Assembly: GCA_039028615.1 (NCBI GenBank)
Contig: JBCCHT010000005.1
Coordinates: 128,001-192,000 of the forward strand
DNA length: 64,000 bases
Direction of reading: 5' to 3'
Source of the DNA: Myxococcota bacterium
GTDB taxonomy: Bacteria; Myxococcota_A; Polyangia; Nannocystales; Nannocystaceae
The position numbers and the translations under genes were made by a program. Below the pieces are notes generated by a model, which saw only the letters and a list, made by a program, of their open reading frames with translations, had not been told where the DNA came from and searched no databases. Shown one piece after another: positions 19,334 to 29,703 of this stretch (position 1 is the stretch's first letter; each line of letters starts with the position of its first letter).

Positions 19334-20443
19334 TCAGCCTGCGGCCTTCTTGGGAATCTCCACCTGCGACCACAGCAGGTAGTGGTCGCTGACATCACGC
19401 TTGGCGCCGTCGTCGACGGGAATCTCGACCCACGGGGTGGAGTCGGGGTCGGTGTCGCCGCGCTTGATTTGGCCCTGGCCCGCGACCTCGGCGGACTCGA
19501 GCTTCAGGCCGCAGACGATGACGCGATCGAGGGCCTCGCCGCCGCTCACCGTCACGCCACGGGCCGAGCTCTCGCTGGCCGAGTCGGTGCAGCCCTTGCT
19601 GGTGAGGATGCCGGGGGCGCTGTCCTTGTAGTCGTCGGCGTCGGGAGTGATGGGGCTGCCCAAGGTGCCGGCGATGATCACCGGGTTCTTGCGCTGCTCC
19701 TTCTTGACGAAGCGCTTGATCGACTTGGCCTCGCTGCGGCGACGGTCGACCGAGCCCTTGAACTTGCCCTCCTTGAACTGCACGGCGATGACGGTGACCC
19801 ACTGCTCGCCGGGCAGCTCGATGTCGGCCGCCACGTGCTTGGTGACGCTGGTGTCCTCGTAGCGCCGCTCGTTCTCGATGGGGTAGCGGGAGATGATGCC
19901 CACGTCCTGCCCGGTGAACTTGTCGGAGCTTTCGACCCACGCGTAGCTGTAGTCGTAGCCGTCTTTGACCGTGATCTCGGTGACGATGTCACTGAGTTCG
20001 CGCTCGCCACCCAGCTCGGTCAGCACCACGACGTCGAGGCGCTCGGCCACCAACACCTCGACGATGCGGTCGCGCTTCCACTCCCACTCCTCGTCGGTCT
20101 TGGGGACGTTGGGCTGCGCCTTCTTGGGGCGCTTGTCTTCGATGGCATCAAAGGCCCACTCGAGGTTGAACGTGCCGACGGCAAAGGACCCCTCGGGGAC
20201 CTTGGCCGCGGGGGCAGCGGGCTCGGCCGCGGGCTCTTCGGCGGGTGCTTCTTCGGCCTTGGGCTCCTCGGCGGGCGCTTCTTCGGCCTTGGGCTCCTCG
20301 GCCGCGGGCGTAGCCGCGACGGCGGGCTCGGGCGTCTCCGTGGCGGGCTTTTCTTTGGGCCCACAAGCACTCAGCGTGAGCAGGGCTCCGGCGCCGATGA
20401 AGGCCGCGGTCGAACGAACGATGAACTTGTCCTGAACTCGCAT
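19334..20443 (-). CDS. Endonuclease/exonuclease/phosphatase (EEP) family lipoprotein
   Basis: Lipobox LSAC, EEPKAEEAPA repeat linker, GTFNLEW, DVVVLTE, GIISRYP, LDRV, VSDHY. Confidence 0.8.
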   Translation of the reverse strand: MRVQDKFIVRSTAAFIGAGALLTLSACGPKEKPATETPEPAVAATPAAEEPKAEEAPAEEPKAEEAPAEEPAAEPAAPAAKVPEGSFAVGTFNLEWAFDAIEDKRPKKAQPNVPKTDEEWEWKRDRIVEVLVAERLDVVVLTELGGERELSDIVTEITVKDGYDYSYAWVESSDKFTGQDVGIISRYPIENERRYEDTSVTKHVAADIELPGEQWVTVIAVQFKEGKFKGSVDRRRSEAKSIKRFVKKEQRKNPVIIAGTLGSPITPDADDYKDSAPGILTSKGCTDSASESSARGVTVSGGEALDRVIVCGLKLESAEVAGQGQIKRGDTDPDSTPWVEIPVDDGAKRDVSDHYLLWSQVEIPKKAAG

Positions 20444-20618
20444 TGCGAAGCCGGGAGGGTAACACGCGTATTCGGCAATACGTGTCGCGTGGACTCACGA
20501 CTGACTGTGGTCGAATGTGCCCCGAGGGGCGTAGTCGCGCGTCGATCGACGCGGCGCCCTCGAGGCTCGGTGTGGGTCGCAGCGAGTGTTCGTGTGTGCG
20601 TGTCGGATGCCTTCGCGC

Positions 20619-21344
20619 TCAGCCCCCCGTTTTGTAGTTGGGCGGCCGCCGAACCACGATGGTGGGGTCGTCACTGTCCGAGAATCCGATGAACCACTGC
20701 GACTCGTTGGACGACATTTCGATCGGCGTCGTCGCCGTCGTTCCCGGGTCGATCTCGACCGATCCAGTCTGGCCGTTGCGCCACACGTAGGCCGTGTAGC
20801 TGGTGCGATTGGTGAACGTCAGCGGGTAGTTCGGCGGGGTGCTGTTGTCCGGGGCGACCGCGATGGCCACTTCGGACTGAGGGGTGCCCTCGTAGTCCCA
20901 GATGTTGACCGAGTTGGTCTGCACGAGGGGAACCGCCGGGAGCTGCACGCTCACCGTGGCCGTCGGCGTCGATGGCTCGCTTTCGTTGTGCGTGTCCCAG
21001 GCGTAGATGGACACGGTGACGGTCGCGGGCGGGTTCGACACGCCATCCGAGTCCATCACGATGAACGTCCCCGTATTCGACTGGTCGTTGGCATGGTTGC
21101 CGAGCTGCGAGAAGTGGGTGTTGCTATCGACGTCGTACTTCAACGCGATGCTGGTCTTCCCCGAACCGGTCACGGCGTTCGTACAGTTGATGATCCCGTT
21201 GTCGGGAATGTACGCGCCGCCGGACATCGGCAAGTTGGGGTCGGTGTTCCGGGTGAACACGTAGCTGCTGCCGCTCTTGGTGATCGTGCCGATGTTGGTG
21301 CCGAGGGTGCTGGGCGGGGTCACCCAATTGGGGTTGTTGCTCAT
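20619..21344 (-). CDS. Hypothetical Asn/Thr-rich protein, probably all-beta
   Basis: Protein-like ORF from ATG 21344 (MSNNPNWVTPP...); no recognisable family motif. Confidence 0.6.
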   Translation of the reverse strand: MSNNPNWVTPPSTLGTNIGTITKSGSSYVFTRNTDPNLPMSGGAYIPDNGIINCTNAVTGSGKTSIALKYDVDSNTHFSQLGNHANDQSNTGTFIVMDSDGVSNPPATVTVSIYAWDTHNESEPSTPTATVSVQLPAVPLVQTNSVNIWDYEGTPQSEVAIAVAPDNSTPPNYPLTFTNRTSYTAYVWRNGQTGSVEIDPGTTATTPIEMSSNESQWFIGFSDSDDPTIVVRRPPNYKTGG

Positions 21345-21633
21345 GATTCCGATTCCGATGGTTGGGGTGGGCGTCGCGGGGGCCGAGGCTCCGCTGGCCG
21401 GAGCGTTGTCCAGACCGTCGGAGCCCAGGGGAACTCGATCACATTTTGTCACGGCGATGCCGATCAACGCGGCTTTTCGCGCGTGTCGGCCGATGCATCA
21501 CGACGTAAGGGCAACCCTGGAGCCCTTGTTTCGCCCGCACCCGAAGCGCCTCGAAATCGCCAATGATCCCGAGCGCTAGGCCGAATCGCGGCCGGGCGAA
21601 ACGGCAGGTGTTTCACCGACCGCGGTTAATGCC

Positions 21634-22356
21634 ATGGTTCCCGTGCCCATGGACCTCAACGCTGTCGAGGCGATCGTCGCCGAGTACGGAGCCGAGCACG
21701 TCATCGGAGCTTTGGGGTCGTATCTGACCGAGGCTCGACGGGCGCGGATCGAGGCCGTGCTGGATCGCCGTTTTGCGTCGGTGGAGGTCGCGGTGGAAAA
21801 CCCCACCGATCCTCACAACGCGGCCGCGATCGTGCGCACCTGCGAGGCTCTCGGGGCGCTCGGCGTGCACGTGATCTCCGCGGTGGACCGTGCACTGCAC
21901 GCTCCGCGCACCACCACCGGGTCCTACCGATGGGTGCAAACCCACCACCACGACGACCTGGAGGGCTTTTTGGCCCATGTTCGCGGTCGGGGCCTGAAGG
22001 TGGCGGGGGCGGCCATGGATGGATCCATCCCCGTCGAGCGTCTACCGGTCGATGAGCCCCTGTGCATGCTGCTCGGCAACGAACAACGCGGTTTGTCGGC
22101 CGCAGCCCGGCAGGCCTGCGACTTCACCTTCCACGTTCCCATGGTCGGCATGAGCGAGAGCCTCAACCTTTCGGTGACCGCTGCCATCTCGCTTTACGAG
22201 GTGCTCGGGCGCAAGCGCGGACCCGAGGTGACCGGCGACTTGGAAGGCGCGCGACGACTCCACCTCCGCGCCAGCTACTACGCGATGAGCGTCGACCGTC
22301 GCATGCTGAGCGCGATGTTCGGCCTGCCCCTCGAGGAGCCCACGCATGTCCGCTGA
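21634..22356 (+). CDS. trmH: SpoU/TrmH-family RNA 2'-O-methyltransferase
   Basis: ENPTDPHNAAAIVRTCEALG, LLGNEQRGLS, VPMVGMSESLNLSV. Confidence 0.85.
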   Translation: MVPVPMDLNAVEAIVAEYGAEHVIGALGSYLTEARRARIEAVLDRRFASVEVAVENPTDPHNAAAIVRTCEALGALGVHVISAVDRALHAPRTTTGSYRWVQTHHHDDLEGFLAHVRGRGLKVAGAAMDGSIPVERLPVDEPLCMLLGNEQRGLSAAARQACDFTFHVPMVGMSESLNLSVTAAISLYEVLGRKRGPEVTGDLEGARRLHLRASYYAMSVDRRMLSAMFGLPLEEPTHVR

Positions 22357-24958
22357 AGCCACTGCTCGTCGCGGCCCCTCGCGGGCGGTCAAGATCACGC
22401 TGATCTCGCTATCCGTGCTGTTCGTGCTCGGCGTGCTCGGAGCGGTGGGCTCCGTGGTCGGCATCTTCTGGTACTACGGCCGCGACCTCGAGGCGATCGA
22501 CGACGAGGCGCTGCGCAACCATCGACCGCCGCAGATCACCCGCATCGTGTCGCGCGACGGGGAGCTCATCGGCGAGGTCTTCTCCCAGCGCCGTACCTTC
22601 ATCGAGTACGAGGACATTCCCAGCCACGTCGAGAACGCGTTCTTGGCCGCCGAGGATGCCGACTTCTATCGGCACGAGGGCATGGACTACATGGGCATGG
22701 TCCGGGCGCTGGTCGCCAACGTGCGGGCGGGCAAGGTCAAGCAGGGCGCATCGACCATCACCCAGCAGGTGGTGAAGAACTTCCTGCTCAGCTCCGAGCG
22801 CAGCTTCGAGCGCAAGGTCCAGGAACTCATCTTGGCGCGGCGCCTCGAGCAGGCGCTGACCAAGCAGGAAATCCTCCAGCTTTATCTCAACGAGATTTAC
22901 CTCGGGCACGGCCGCTACGGCATCGAGGAGGCCAGCCGCTACTACTACGGCAAGAGCGTGCGCGAGATCGACGTGGGGCAGGCGGCCATGCTCGCCACCT
23001 TGCCCAAGGCGCCCGGTCGCGACTCGCCCTACAAAAACCCCGAGCGAGCCAAGCGTCGCCAGATCTACGTGCTCGAGCAGATGGTCAAGCACGGGTTCTT
23101 GGCCAGCAACGACGCGAAGCGTTTCATCGACATGCCGGTCGAGCAGGTGGTGCTCGCCGAGCCCCGCGAGGCGGCCAAGGTCGAGCGCGGGGCCGAGGAG
23201 TTCGTCGATGTCGTCAAGCGCAAGCTCGTCGAGCACTACGGCAAGGACGAGCTCGACCGCATGGGCGGCACGGTGCGCACCACCGTCGACCTGGCGATGC
23301 AGCGGGAGACGAGGGCCGGGCTGCGCAAGGCACTGGTCGAGCTCGATACCCGGCAGCACCATGGTCGCGACCTGACGGTTGCCTCCGACAAGCGGCGCGC
23401 CAAGGCCAGCAAGCGAAAAGAGCCTCCCAAGGTCGGCGGCCGCTACCCCATGATCATCGGGGAGCGCCCCGCCGACGTCGAGCTCCCCGAGGACGCCATC
23501 GTCGGTCGGGTCGGCAAGACGGACGTGTTCATCCGGGTGTCCGAGACCTCGCGCTTCCGCGAGCCCGACAAGACCCTCGCCGAGCAGTTCCCCGCCGGGG
23601 CCATCGTGCAGGTCTTCATCACCCGCACGAAGGGGGAGGGCATCCCCGAGGGCTTCATGGCGGCCGAGATCCGTGGCCCCGAAGCCGCGGTGGTCGTGGC
23701 CGATGCCGAGTCCGGCGAGGTCCTGGCGATGATCGGGGGCTATGGCGGCGGCCTGTCTCAGCTCAACCGGGCCATGCAGTCCAAGCGGCAGCCGGGCTCC
23801 TCGTTCAAGCCCTTCGTCTACGGGGCCGCGCTGGCCAGCCGCGACCTGACGGCGGCGTCGCTCATCTCGGATTCGCCCGAGATCTACGACAAGTGGAAGC
23901 CGACCAACTACGAGCGTGACGTCTATCGCGGAGACATCCGCATGCGCTTGGCGCTGACCAAGTCGGTCAACACCGTGGCCATCAAGCTGCTCGATCGTAC
24001 CGGCTTCGATGCGGTGCACGCCTTTGCCCATGCGGCGGGCATCGAGTCCGAGCTGCCGCGGCACCTGTCGCTCGCGCTCGGCACCACCGAGGTCGCGCCC
24101 TACGAGCTGATGCGCGCCTACATGACGCTGGCGCGCGGCGGCAGCCGCATCGAGCCCCGGCTCATCATCGAGGTCGAGCTCGACGGGACGATCGACTGGG
24201 CGCCCGTACACGAGGCCGAGCAGACCCTGGAGGAGGACGTCGTCTTCATCCTCAGCAGCATGATGACCAGCGTCGTGCAGGCGGGGACGGGCACGCGCGC
24301 CAAGGCCCTCGGTCGCCCCGTGGCGGGCAAGACGGGGACCTCGGCCAGCGCTCAGGATGCCTGGTTCGCCGGCTTCACCCCGCAGCGCGTCGCGGTGGCG
24401 TGGGTCGGCTTCGATACCCCGCGGCCGCTCGGGCGAGGGGAGACGGGCGCACGCTCGGCCATCCCCGTCTGGCTCGCCGCCATGGAGGCCACCAAGCCCC
24501 AGGGCATGCGCAGCTTCGTCCCGCCGCCCAGCGTCAGCGTGCGCCGGATCGACGCGCAGTCGGGGCTGCTGGCGCCCACGGTGGTGGCGATCGATCCGGA
24601 GACCGGCGACCCGCTGCCCGCGGGGCCCACCCTCGACGAGTATTTCCTGGCCGGCACCGAGCCCGTCGACGAGGCCACCCCGGCTGCGCTTCCGCCCGGC
24701 GATGTCCTGCTCGATCTGTACGGCGAGGAGGAGGCCGACGACACCCCGGTGGCGGACGTCGAGGCCGACGGCGGGACCGAGATTCCCTCGGTGCCCGCGG
24801 GCGAGGTGGACCCGATGGATGCGTTGCTCGACGACGAAGAAGACGAGCCCACGCCCACGCCGTCGTCGGGGAAGCGGGTGCCGTCGGTGCGCACCGACGA
24901 CAACCCGTTCTCGAACCTGCCCTCGCTCGACGAGGACGAAGAGCTACGCGGGCCCTGA
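22346..24958 (+). CDS. mrcA: Class A penicillin-binding protein 1A
   Basis: TM anchor; GT motifs AAEDADFY, GASTITQQVVKN, RKVQE, LYLNEIYLG; TP motifs SSFK, SVN, KTGT; acidic tail. Confidence 0.9.
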   Translation: MSAEATARRGPSRAVKITLISLSVLFVLGVLGAVGSVVGIFWYYGRDLEAIDDEALRNHRPPQITRIVSRDGELIGEVFSQRRTFIEYEDIPSHVENAFLAAEDADFYRHEGMDYMGMVRALVANVRAGKVKQGASTITQQVVKNFLLSSERSFERKVQELILARRLEQALTKQEILQLYLNEIYLGHGRYGIEEASRYYYGKSVREIDVGQAAMLATLPKAPGRDSPYKNPERAKRRQIYVLEQMVKHGFLASNDAKRFIDMPVEQVVLAEPREAAKVERGAEEFVDVVKRKLVEHYGKDELDRMGGTVRTTVDLAMQRETRAGLRKALVELDTRQHHGRDLTVASDKRRAKASKRKEPPKVGGRYPMIIGERPADVELPEDAIVGRVGKTDVFIRVSETSRFREPDKTLAEQFPAGAIVQVFITRTKGEGIPEGFMAAEIRGPEAAVVVADAESGEVLAMIGGYGGGLSQLNRAMQSKRQPGSSFKPFVYGAALASRDLTAASLISDSPEIYDKWKPTNYERDVYRGDIRMRLALTKSVNTVAIKLLDRTGFDAVHAFAHAAGIESELPRHLSLALGTTEVAPYELMRAYMTLARGGSRIEPRLIIEVELDGTIDWAPVHEAEQTLEEDVVFILSSMMTSVVQAGTGTRAKALGRPVAGKTGTSASAQDAWFAGFTPQRVAVAWVGFDTPRPLGRGETGARSAIPVWLAAMEATKPQGMRSFVPPPSVSVRRIDAQSGLLAPTVVAIDPETGDPLPAGPTLDEYFLAGTEPVDEATPAALPPGDVLLDLYGEEEADDTPVADVEADGGTEIPSVPAGEVDPMDALLDDEEDEPTPTPSSGKRVPSVRTDDNPFSNLPSLDEDEELRGP

Positions 24959-24988
24959 ACCCGGGCCCACGGACGCGACCCGAACCGC

Positions 24989-25786
24989 TCAGTCGTCGAT
25001 GGTGACGACGGTGCCCGGCGACACCTTGGTCTGCTCTTCGAGCAGCCCGGGAAGCCGACCTTGCAGGAACGCGGGATCGAAGTTCTCGAAGTCGACCTCG
25101 TCGAAGAACCGGTCGTAGGTCTTCGAGATGGTCAGCTCCTTGGGGAAGTCCTCGCGGTGCGCCACGTTGAGCGGGCGGCCGGGGCCTTCGAGGTCGCTCA
25201 GGTCGAGGTCGACCACCACCGTCGAGGGAGAGGCGACCTCGAAGTTCACCGAGTCGCCGCCGCCCGGCGGCCGAGCGCCGCCCCGCAAGTACACGGTGGT
25301 GCCGTCGACGTTGTCGTTCGCGGGCGTCTCGTGCCGGGTGTCGCTCTCTTCGTCGATGACCGGCGTCTGGTAGGCGGCGTACTCCACCCGGAGCGTGCAG
25401 TAGTTGTCGTCGCCGACGCGGTTGCCCGCGACGGTCAGCGGCGCCAGGTCTTCGTCGCGCAGGTCCTCGGGGCAGGGCCCCCAGAACATGTTCATCGGGT
25501 ACTCGGCTCCGCCACACGAGATCAGCGACACGGAGCTGATGGTGACGTAGGCCTCGAGCAAGGTGACCTGCCAGCCCTCTTCGTTCTCGAAGGTGCGGGG
25601 CATGTCGTCGTCGCCCTTGAACGGAATCACTCCGTCTTCTGGCGTCGCGTGGTGGGTCGCGAAGATGAACACGGTCGCGCCACCGTCCTCGAGCTGCTCC
25701 TCGAGCAAGCCACACCCAGACGCGAACACACCCATGCTCAGTGCGGCGGCCCCCAACCCCCGGATAGTCGAACGTTTAGCTGCCAA
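24989..25786 (-). CDS. Hypothetical acidic lipoprotein
   Basis: Lipobox FASGC; protein-like composition. Confidence 0.65.
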   Translation of the reverse strand: MAAKRSTIRGLGAAALSMGVFASGCGLLEEQLEDGGATVFIFATHHATPEDGVIPFKGDDDMPRTFENEEGWQVTLLEAYVTISSVSLISCGGAEYPMNMFWGPCPEDLRDEDLAPLTVAGNRVGDDNYCTLRVEYAAYQTPVIDEESDTRHETPANDNVDGTTVYLRGGARPPGGGDSVNFEVASPSTVVVDLDLSDLEGPGRPLNVAHREDFPKELTISKTYDRFFDEVDFENFDPAFLQGRLPGLLEEQTKVSPGTVVTIDD

Positions 25787-26188
25787 GACCCGAGGACGTT
25801 ACCAAAAAGCCCCGCACACGCTCAAACCAACTCGACGTCGCGCGAGGTCGCAACGAGTGGGGGTGGAGTCACGCAGGGGATGTCGATAGAGCCCTGCGGC
25901 CGGTGATGGTCGACACGGAGTTTTCCCCGACGCGCTGCTTCGACGTTGCCGTGCGGTGATGCAAAACGACGATCGTCGGAAGGGATGCTGCCGAGCCGAG
26001 GCGTTGATCCCGCTGAGACGAACGAGCCGCGACCCGAGCTGCACCGAGGGAGGCATGTCGCTTCGCACCCGCGAGTGTCGGCGTAGGTCGGACCTCGGGG
26101 CACCGCCAGTGCCCGGAATTCGGCTCCAGCGCACGCTCCGCCAAAGGGGGATTTTCTTGGCGCTGGGCTCGGTTGTCGATGCTAGCTT

Positions 26189-26824
26189 ATGGATATGGCG
26201 CGGATCCCCGTGGCCCAGCTCCAGGTTCAAAGCCAGGGCCCAGGCCTCGTTCGAGCGAATCCCACGGCGGCTGCGCGCAATCAGGCGCAGCCGAGCCAGG
26301 GGGGTGACCTCCGGCAGTGGGTGGGGCGGGCTCCGATCTCTTCCGGCGCATTGATGACCGGTGGCCTCGGGCTCGCCGCCATCGGTGCGGTGGGGGCTCT
26401 GGTCATCACCACCGGCTTCATCGGCACCACGATCCTGGGAGGCATGATGACGCTGGGGGGTGGGCTGGCGTTCCTGGGGGCGCTCAAGCGCAAGGACCGC
26501 AGAGCCGCCGAGCAGGCTCCCAAGGCACTTCCCCCGTCGTCGCCGGCGACGGTCATCGCCGAACGGGCCAGTCGGGTCCGTGCCGTGCTCGACCGCGGGG
26601 GCGACTACACATTCGAACGTCTCGGCGCCGAGCTGCGGTGGACCGAAAATGCGTTGCTAGAGACATTGGTGGCGATGAAAGAGGCCGGTCAGATCGTCGA
26701 AGATCTCAACCTCGACACCGGTGAGTGGGTCTACCGCTCGCAGGTGCACGAGTTCGGGACCCACGGCGCCATGACCTTGGCCGATCGGCAGGCCCGACAG
26801 ATTCGCCCGGAGGCACATTCATGA
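26189..26824 (+). CDS. Hypothetical two-TM protein with winged-helix-like C-terminus
   Basis: Two hydrophobic segments then YTFERLGAELRWTENALLETLVAMKEAGQIVEDLN; stop overlaps the next ATG. Confidence 0.6.
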   Translation: MDMARIPVAQLQVQSQGPGLVRANPTAAARNQAQPSQGGDLRQWVGRAPISSGALMTGGLGLAAIGAVGALVITTGFIGTTILGGMMTLGGGLAFLGALKRKDRRAAEQAPKALPPSSPATVIAERASRVRAVLDRGGDYTFERLGAELRWTENALLETLVAMKEAGQIVEDLNLDTGEWVYRSQVHEFGTHGAMTLADRQARQIRPEAHS

Positions 26825-27300
26825 AGGACAAGAACGTCGCGGCCATCCTCGCCCTGCTCATGGGCTCCATCGGTGTCCACAAGTTCTACTTGGGTCGCAT
26901 CGGGGCGGGTGTTCTCTACCTCGTGTTCTGGTGGACCTTCATCCCGGCCTTGCTGGGCCTGGTCGACTTCTTCGTGCTCGCGCTGATGGACAGCGACGAG
27001 TTCAACCGCCGCTACAACGGCAGCAACATGCTGCAGGCGCCCGTGGTGGTGAACATGCTCCCGCCGCAGCAGCCGGGGTACGGGGCCTATCCGCCTCCGC
27101 AGGCTTACCCGCCGCCGCAGGGCTACGGGGCGCCGCAGCCCATGGTGCCGCCCACGGGCCCCAACGCTGCCGTGCCGCCCGCCGGGCGCAACGTCGATCA
27201 GCTCAAGGCCGAGCTCGAGAAGCTCAACGAGCTGCGCATCTCCGGTCTGCTCACCGAAGAAGAGTTCGCGCAGCAAAAAGCCCGCCTGCTGGGCCAATAG
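26821..27300 (+). CDS. TM2 (NINE) domain protein with Pro-rich linker and SHOCT-like tail
   Basis: ATG 26821: KDKNVAAILALLMGSIGVHKFYLG; C-terminal ELEKLNELRISGLLTEEEFAQQKARLL. Confidence 0.85.
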   Translation: MKDKNVAAILALLMGSIGVHKFYLGRIGAGVLYLVFWWTFIPALLGLVDFFVLALMDSDEFNRRYNGSNMLQAPVVVNMLPPQQPGYGAYPPPQAYPPPQGYGAPQPMVPPTGPNAAVPPAGRNVDQLKAELEKLNELRISGLLTEEEFAQQKARLLGQ

Positions 27301-27309
27301 GCGGAGCGC

Positions 27310-28344
27310 ATGCTCTTCCATCGCCAGGGTCCCGGCCGTGGCTACGAGCGCCTGATCGTCCTCCAGCGCGAGGACCTCGGGCTCCGGGCCATCATCGCGA
27401 TTCACTCCACGCGCCGCGGCCCCGGCTTCGGCGGCATCCGACGGATGCGGTACGACACCGAGGGGGCGGCCCTCGACGATGCGCTCGAGCTGGCCGAGGC
27501 CATGAGCTACAAGTGCGCGCTGGCGGGGCTTTCGGCCGGCGGCGCCAAGACGGTCATGCTGCGGCCGGACGACGCTGCGTCGTTTCGGTCCGAGGCGGCC
27601 TACGAAGCCTTGGGCGAGGCGATTGCGGCGCTGCATGGGGCGTATGTCTGCGGCCCCGATCTCGGCACGGGCGTCGAGCAGCTCGCCGCGGTGCGGCGGC
27701 GCTGCTCCCACGTGAACCCGGAGGGCAACGACGCGGGGATTTCCACCGCTGCCGGAGTGCACGCCGGTTTGCGGGCGGTCTGGGCGGCGCTCGGGTGTTC
27801 GTCGGCCGATCCACGCACGGTCGCAATCCAGGGCCTCGGCTCGGTCGGCCACGCCCTGGCGCGAGCGCTGGTGGCCGAGGGGATCCAGGTGGTGGGGGCC
27901 GACCCCGATGACGCCGCCTGCCGGGAGGCGGCGGCGCTGGGCGTTCGCATCGTCGATCCCGATGCGCTGCTGCAGGAGCCCTGCGACGTGGTGAGCCCTT
28001 GCGCGACCGGGCACGGGCTCACCGAGGCCACCATCGCGGGCCTTCGTTGCCGGGCGGTGTGTGGCTCGGCCAACAATCAACTCGCGACCCCGGCCGATGC
28101 CGATCGCTTGCACGCGCGCGGCATCGTGCACGCCCCCGACATCGTGGTGAGCGCGGGGGCGGTGATCGAGGGCGTGGTGACCGTGCAGGGGGGCACGAGC
28201 GCGGCGGTACGCCAGCAGGTCGACGACGCGATCGCGGGCATCGAGGGCACCGTGGGCGAGGTCTTGCGCGAGGCCGGGCGCCGCGGCGTGCCGCCGATCG
28301 CGGCGGCGCGGGACCTGGCCCGGCAGCGACTCGACGCGAGCTGA
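27310..28344 (+). CDS. Glu/Leu/Phe/Val dehydrogenase family (leucine-dehydrogenase-like)
   Basis: GPGFGGIR, MSYKCALAG, GGAK, GPDLG, IQGLGSVG, GSANNQL. Confidence 0.9.
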   Translation: MLFHRQGPGRGYERLIVLQREDLGLRAIIAIHSTRRGPGFGGIRRMRYDTEGAALDDALELAEAMSYKCALAGLSAGGAKTVMLRPDDAASFRSEAAYEALGEAIAALHGAYVCGPDLGTGVEQLAAVRRRCSHVNPEGNDAGISTAAGVHAGLRAVWAALGCSSADPRTVAIQGLGSVGHALARALVAEGIQVVGADPDDAACREAAALGVRIVDPDALLQEPCDVVSPCATGHGLTEATIAGLRCRAVCGSANNQLATPADADRLHARGIVHAPDIVVSAGAVIEGVVTVQGGTSAAVRQQVDDAIAGIEGTVGEVLREAGRRGVPPIAAARDLARQRLDAS

Positions 28345-28401
28345 TCGGGTGCGTCGCGGCCGTCGCTTGACCGGGGTAGGGCCCTTCGAGACGCTCCCCC
28401 C

Positions 28402-29700
28402 GTGCGACGTCGCGAGCTGCTGTTCGGAGCGGGGACTTGGGCTGCCTGGGGAACGATGGCGGGGTGTCGCCCGCAGCCGACGATGGGGCCGGACGCCGCG
28501 GTGCCTCCGCCGTGTGACGAGCGCCTGCCCGAGGTCGACGCGCGCTGGTCCGCGCTGGCGGGGTTCTGCGATGGCATCGCGGCCCCCGACGACGCGGAGC
28601 GTCGCTCCCATCGCACCCGCATGACCGAGGCGCTCGCCGCCGCGGGTCAGCGCGCGCTGGTGGTCGAGCCGGGCCCCACCATGCAGTTTCTCGCCGGAGT
28701 ACGTTGGGGTCGAAGCGAGCGTCCGTTCTTGCTCGTGCTTCCGCGGGAAGGCGAGGCGTTTTGGGTGGTGCCTGCGTTCGAGGAGCTTCGCGCCCGCGAG
28801 CAGCTCGGAGACGCCGACGTCAGCGCGTGGCAAGAGCACGAGAGCCCGTACGAAATCGTGGCCAAGCGCTTGGGCGGAGCGAGTGACCCGGTCGCGGTCG
28901 AGCCCCAGATGCGAGGCTTCATCGTCGAGGGCCTGCGGCAAGCGATGGGCGCGACCGCGGTCGTCGATGGCGCGGCGGTGGTGCACGGGGTTCGCATGCG
29001 CAAGCAACCGGCCGAGCTCGCACGCCTGCGTCGGGCCAACGAGGCCACCAAGGCCGCGCTGCGCCTGGTGGCGAGCGAAGTGGGCGGAGGCATTCGACAG
29101 TCCGAGCTGGCGGAGCTGATCCGCGCCGCCCAGAACGAGGCCGGTCTCGGCGACGTGTGGGTGCTGGCGCTGATCGGGCCCAATGCGGCCTTCCCCCACG
29201 GCACGGCCGAAGATCGGGCGCTCACCGAAGGCGACGTCGTGCTGGTCGACACGGGTGGCTCGCTGCACGGCTACCGCTCCGACATCACGCGGACCTGGGT
29301 CTACGGTACGCCCTCCGACGAGGTCCGCACCGCATGGGCGACGGTGGCCGAGGCCCAGCGTCGCGCGCTCGAGAAGATCGGGCCCGGGGTGCAGTGCGGT
29401 GAGGTCGACGCTCAGGCGCGTGCGGTCATCGAGGCGGCGGGGTTCGGCACGGGCTACGAGCGCTTCACCCATCGGCTCGGGCACGGCATCGGGCTCGAGG
29501 TTCACGAGCCGCCGTACTTGGTCCAGGCCTCGACCCAAGTGCTGGAGCCGGGCATGACGATGTCGAACGAGCCGGGCATCTACGTACCCGGCCAGTTCGG
29601 CATTCGAATCGAGGACATCGTGGCGGTGACCGAGACCGGAGCCGAGGTGTTCGGCCCCATGGTCGAGAGCATCGACCAGCCCTTTGGCGCGCAGCCCTGA
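28402..29700 (+). CDS. Xaa-Pro aminopeptidase (M24B), Tat lipoprotein
   Basis: MRRRELL Tat motif, MAGC lipobox; LVDTG, YRSDITRT, HRLGHGIGLEVHE, NEPGIY, IRIED. Confidence 0.9.
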   Translation: MRRRELLFGAGTWAAWGTMAGCRPQPTMGPDAAVPPPCDERLPEVDARWSALAGFCDGIAAPDDAERRSHRTRMTEALAAAGQRALVVEPGPTMQFLAGVRWGRSERPFLLVLPREGEAFWVVPAFEELRAREQLGDADVSAWQEHESPYEIVAKRLGGASDPVAVEPQMRGFIVEGLRQAMGATAVVDGAAVVHGVRMRKQPAELARLRRANEATKAALRLVASEVGGGIRQSELAELIRAAQNEAGLGDVWVLALIGPNAAFPHGTAEDRALTEGDVVLVDTGGSLHGYRSDITRTWVYGTPSDEVRTAWATVAEAQRRALEKIGPGVQCGEVDAQARAVIEAAGFGTGYERFTHRLGHGIGLEVHEPPYLVQASTQVLEPGMTMSNEPGIYVPGQFGIRIEDIVAVTETGAEVFGPMVESIDQPFGAQP

Positions 29701-29703
29701 GCT

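Noticed and set aside
25790..26188. 400-bp intergenic region as a possible structured RNA (6S, SRP, riboswitch)
   Set aside because: No recognisable conserved motif by eye; would need an Infernal scan
26731..29538. 935-aa minus-strand ORF and similar long antisense ORFs (16945-19398, 42453-45074)
   Set aside because: Opposite well-supported genes, with Arg/Gly/Ala-rich shadow composition
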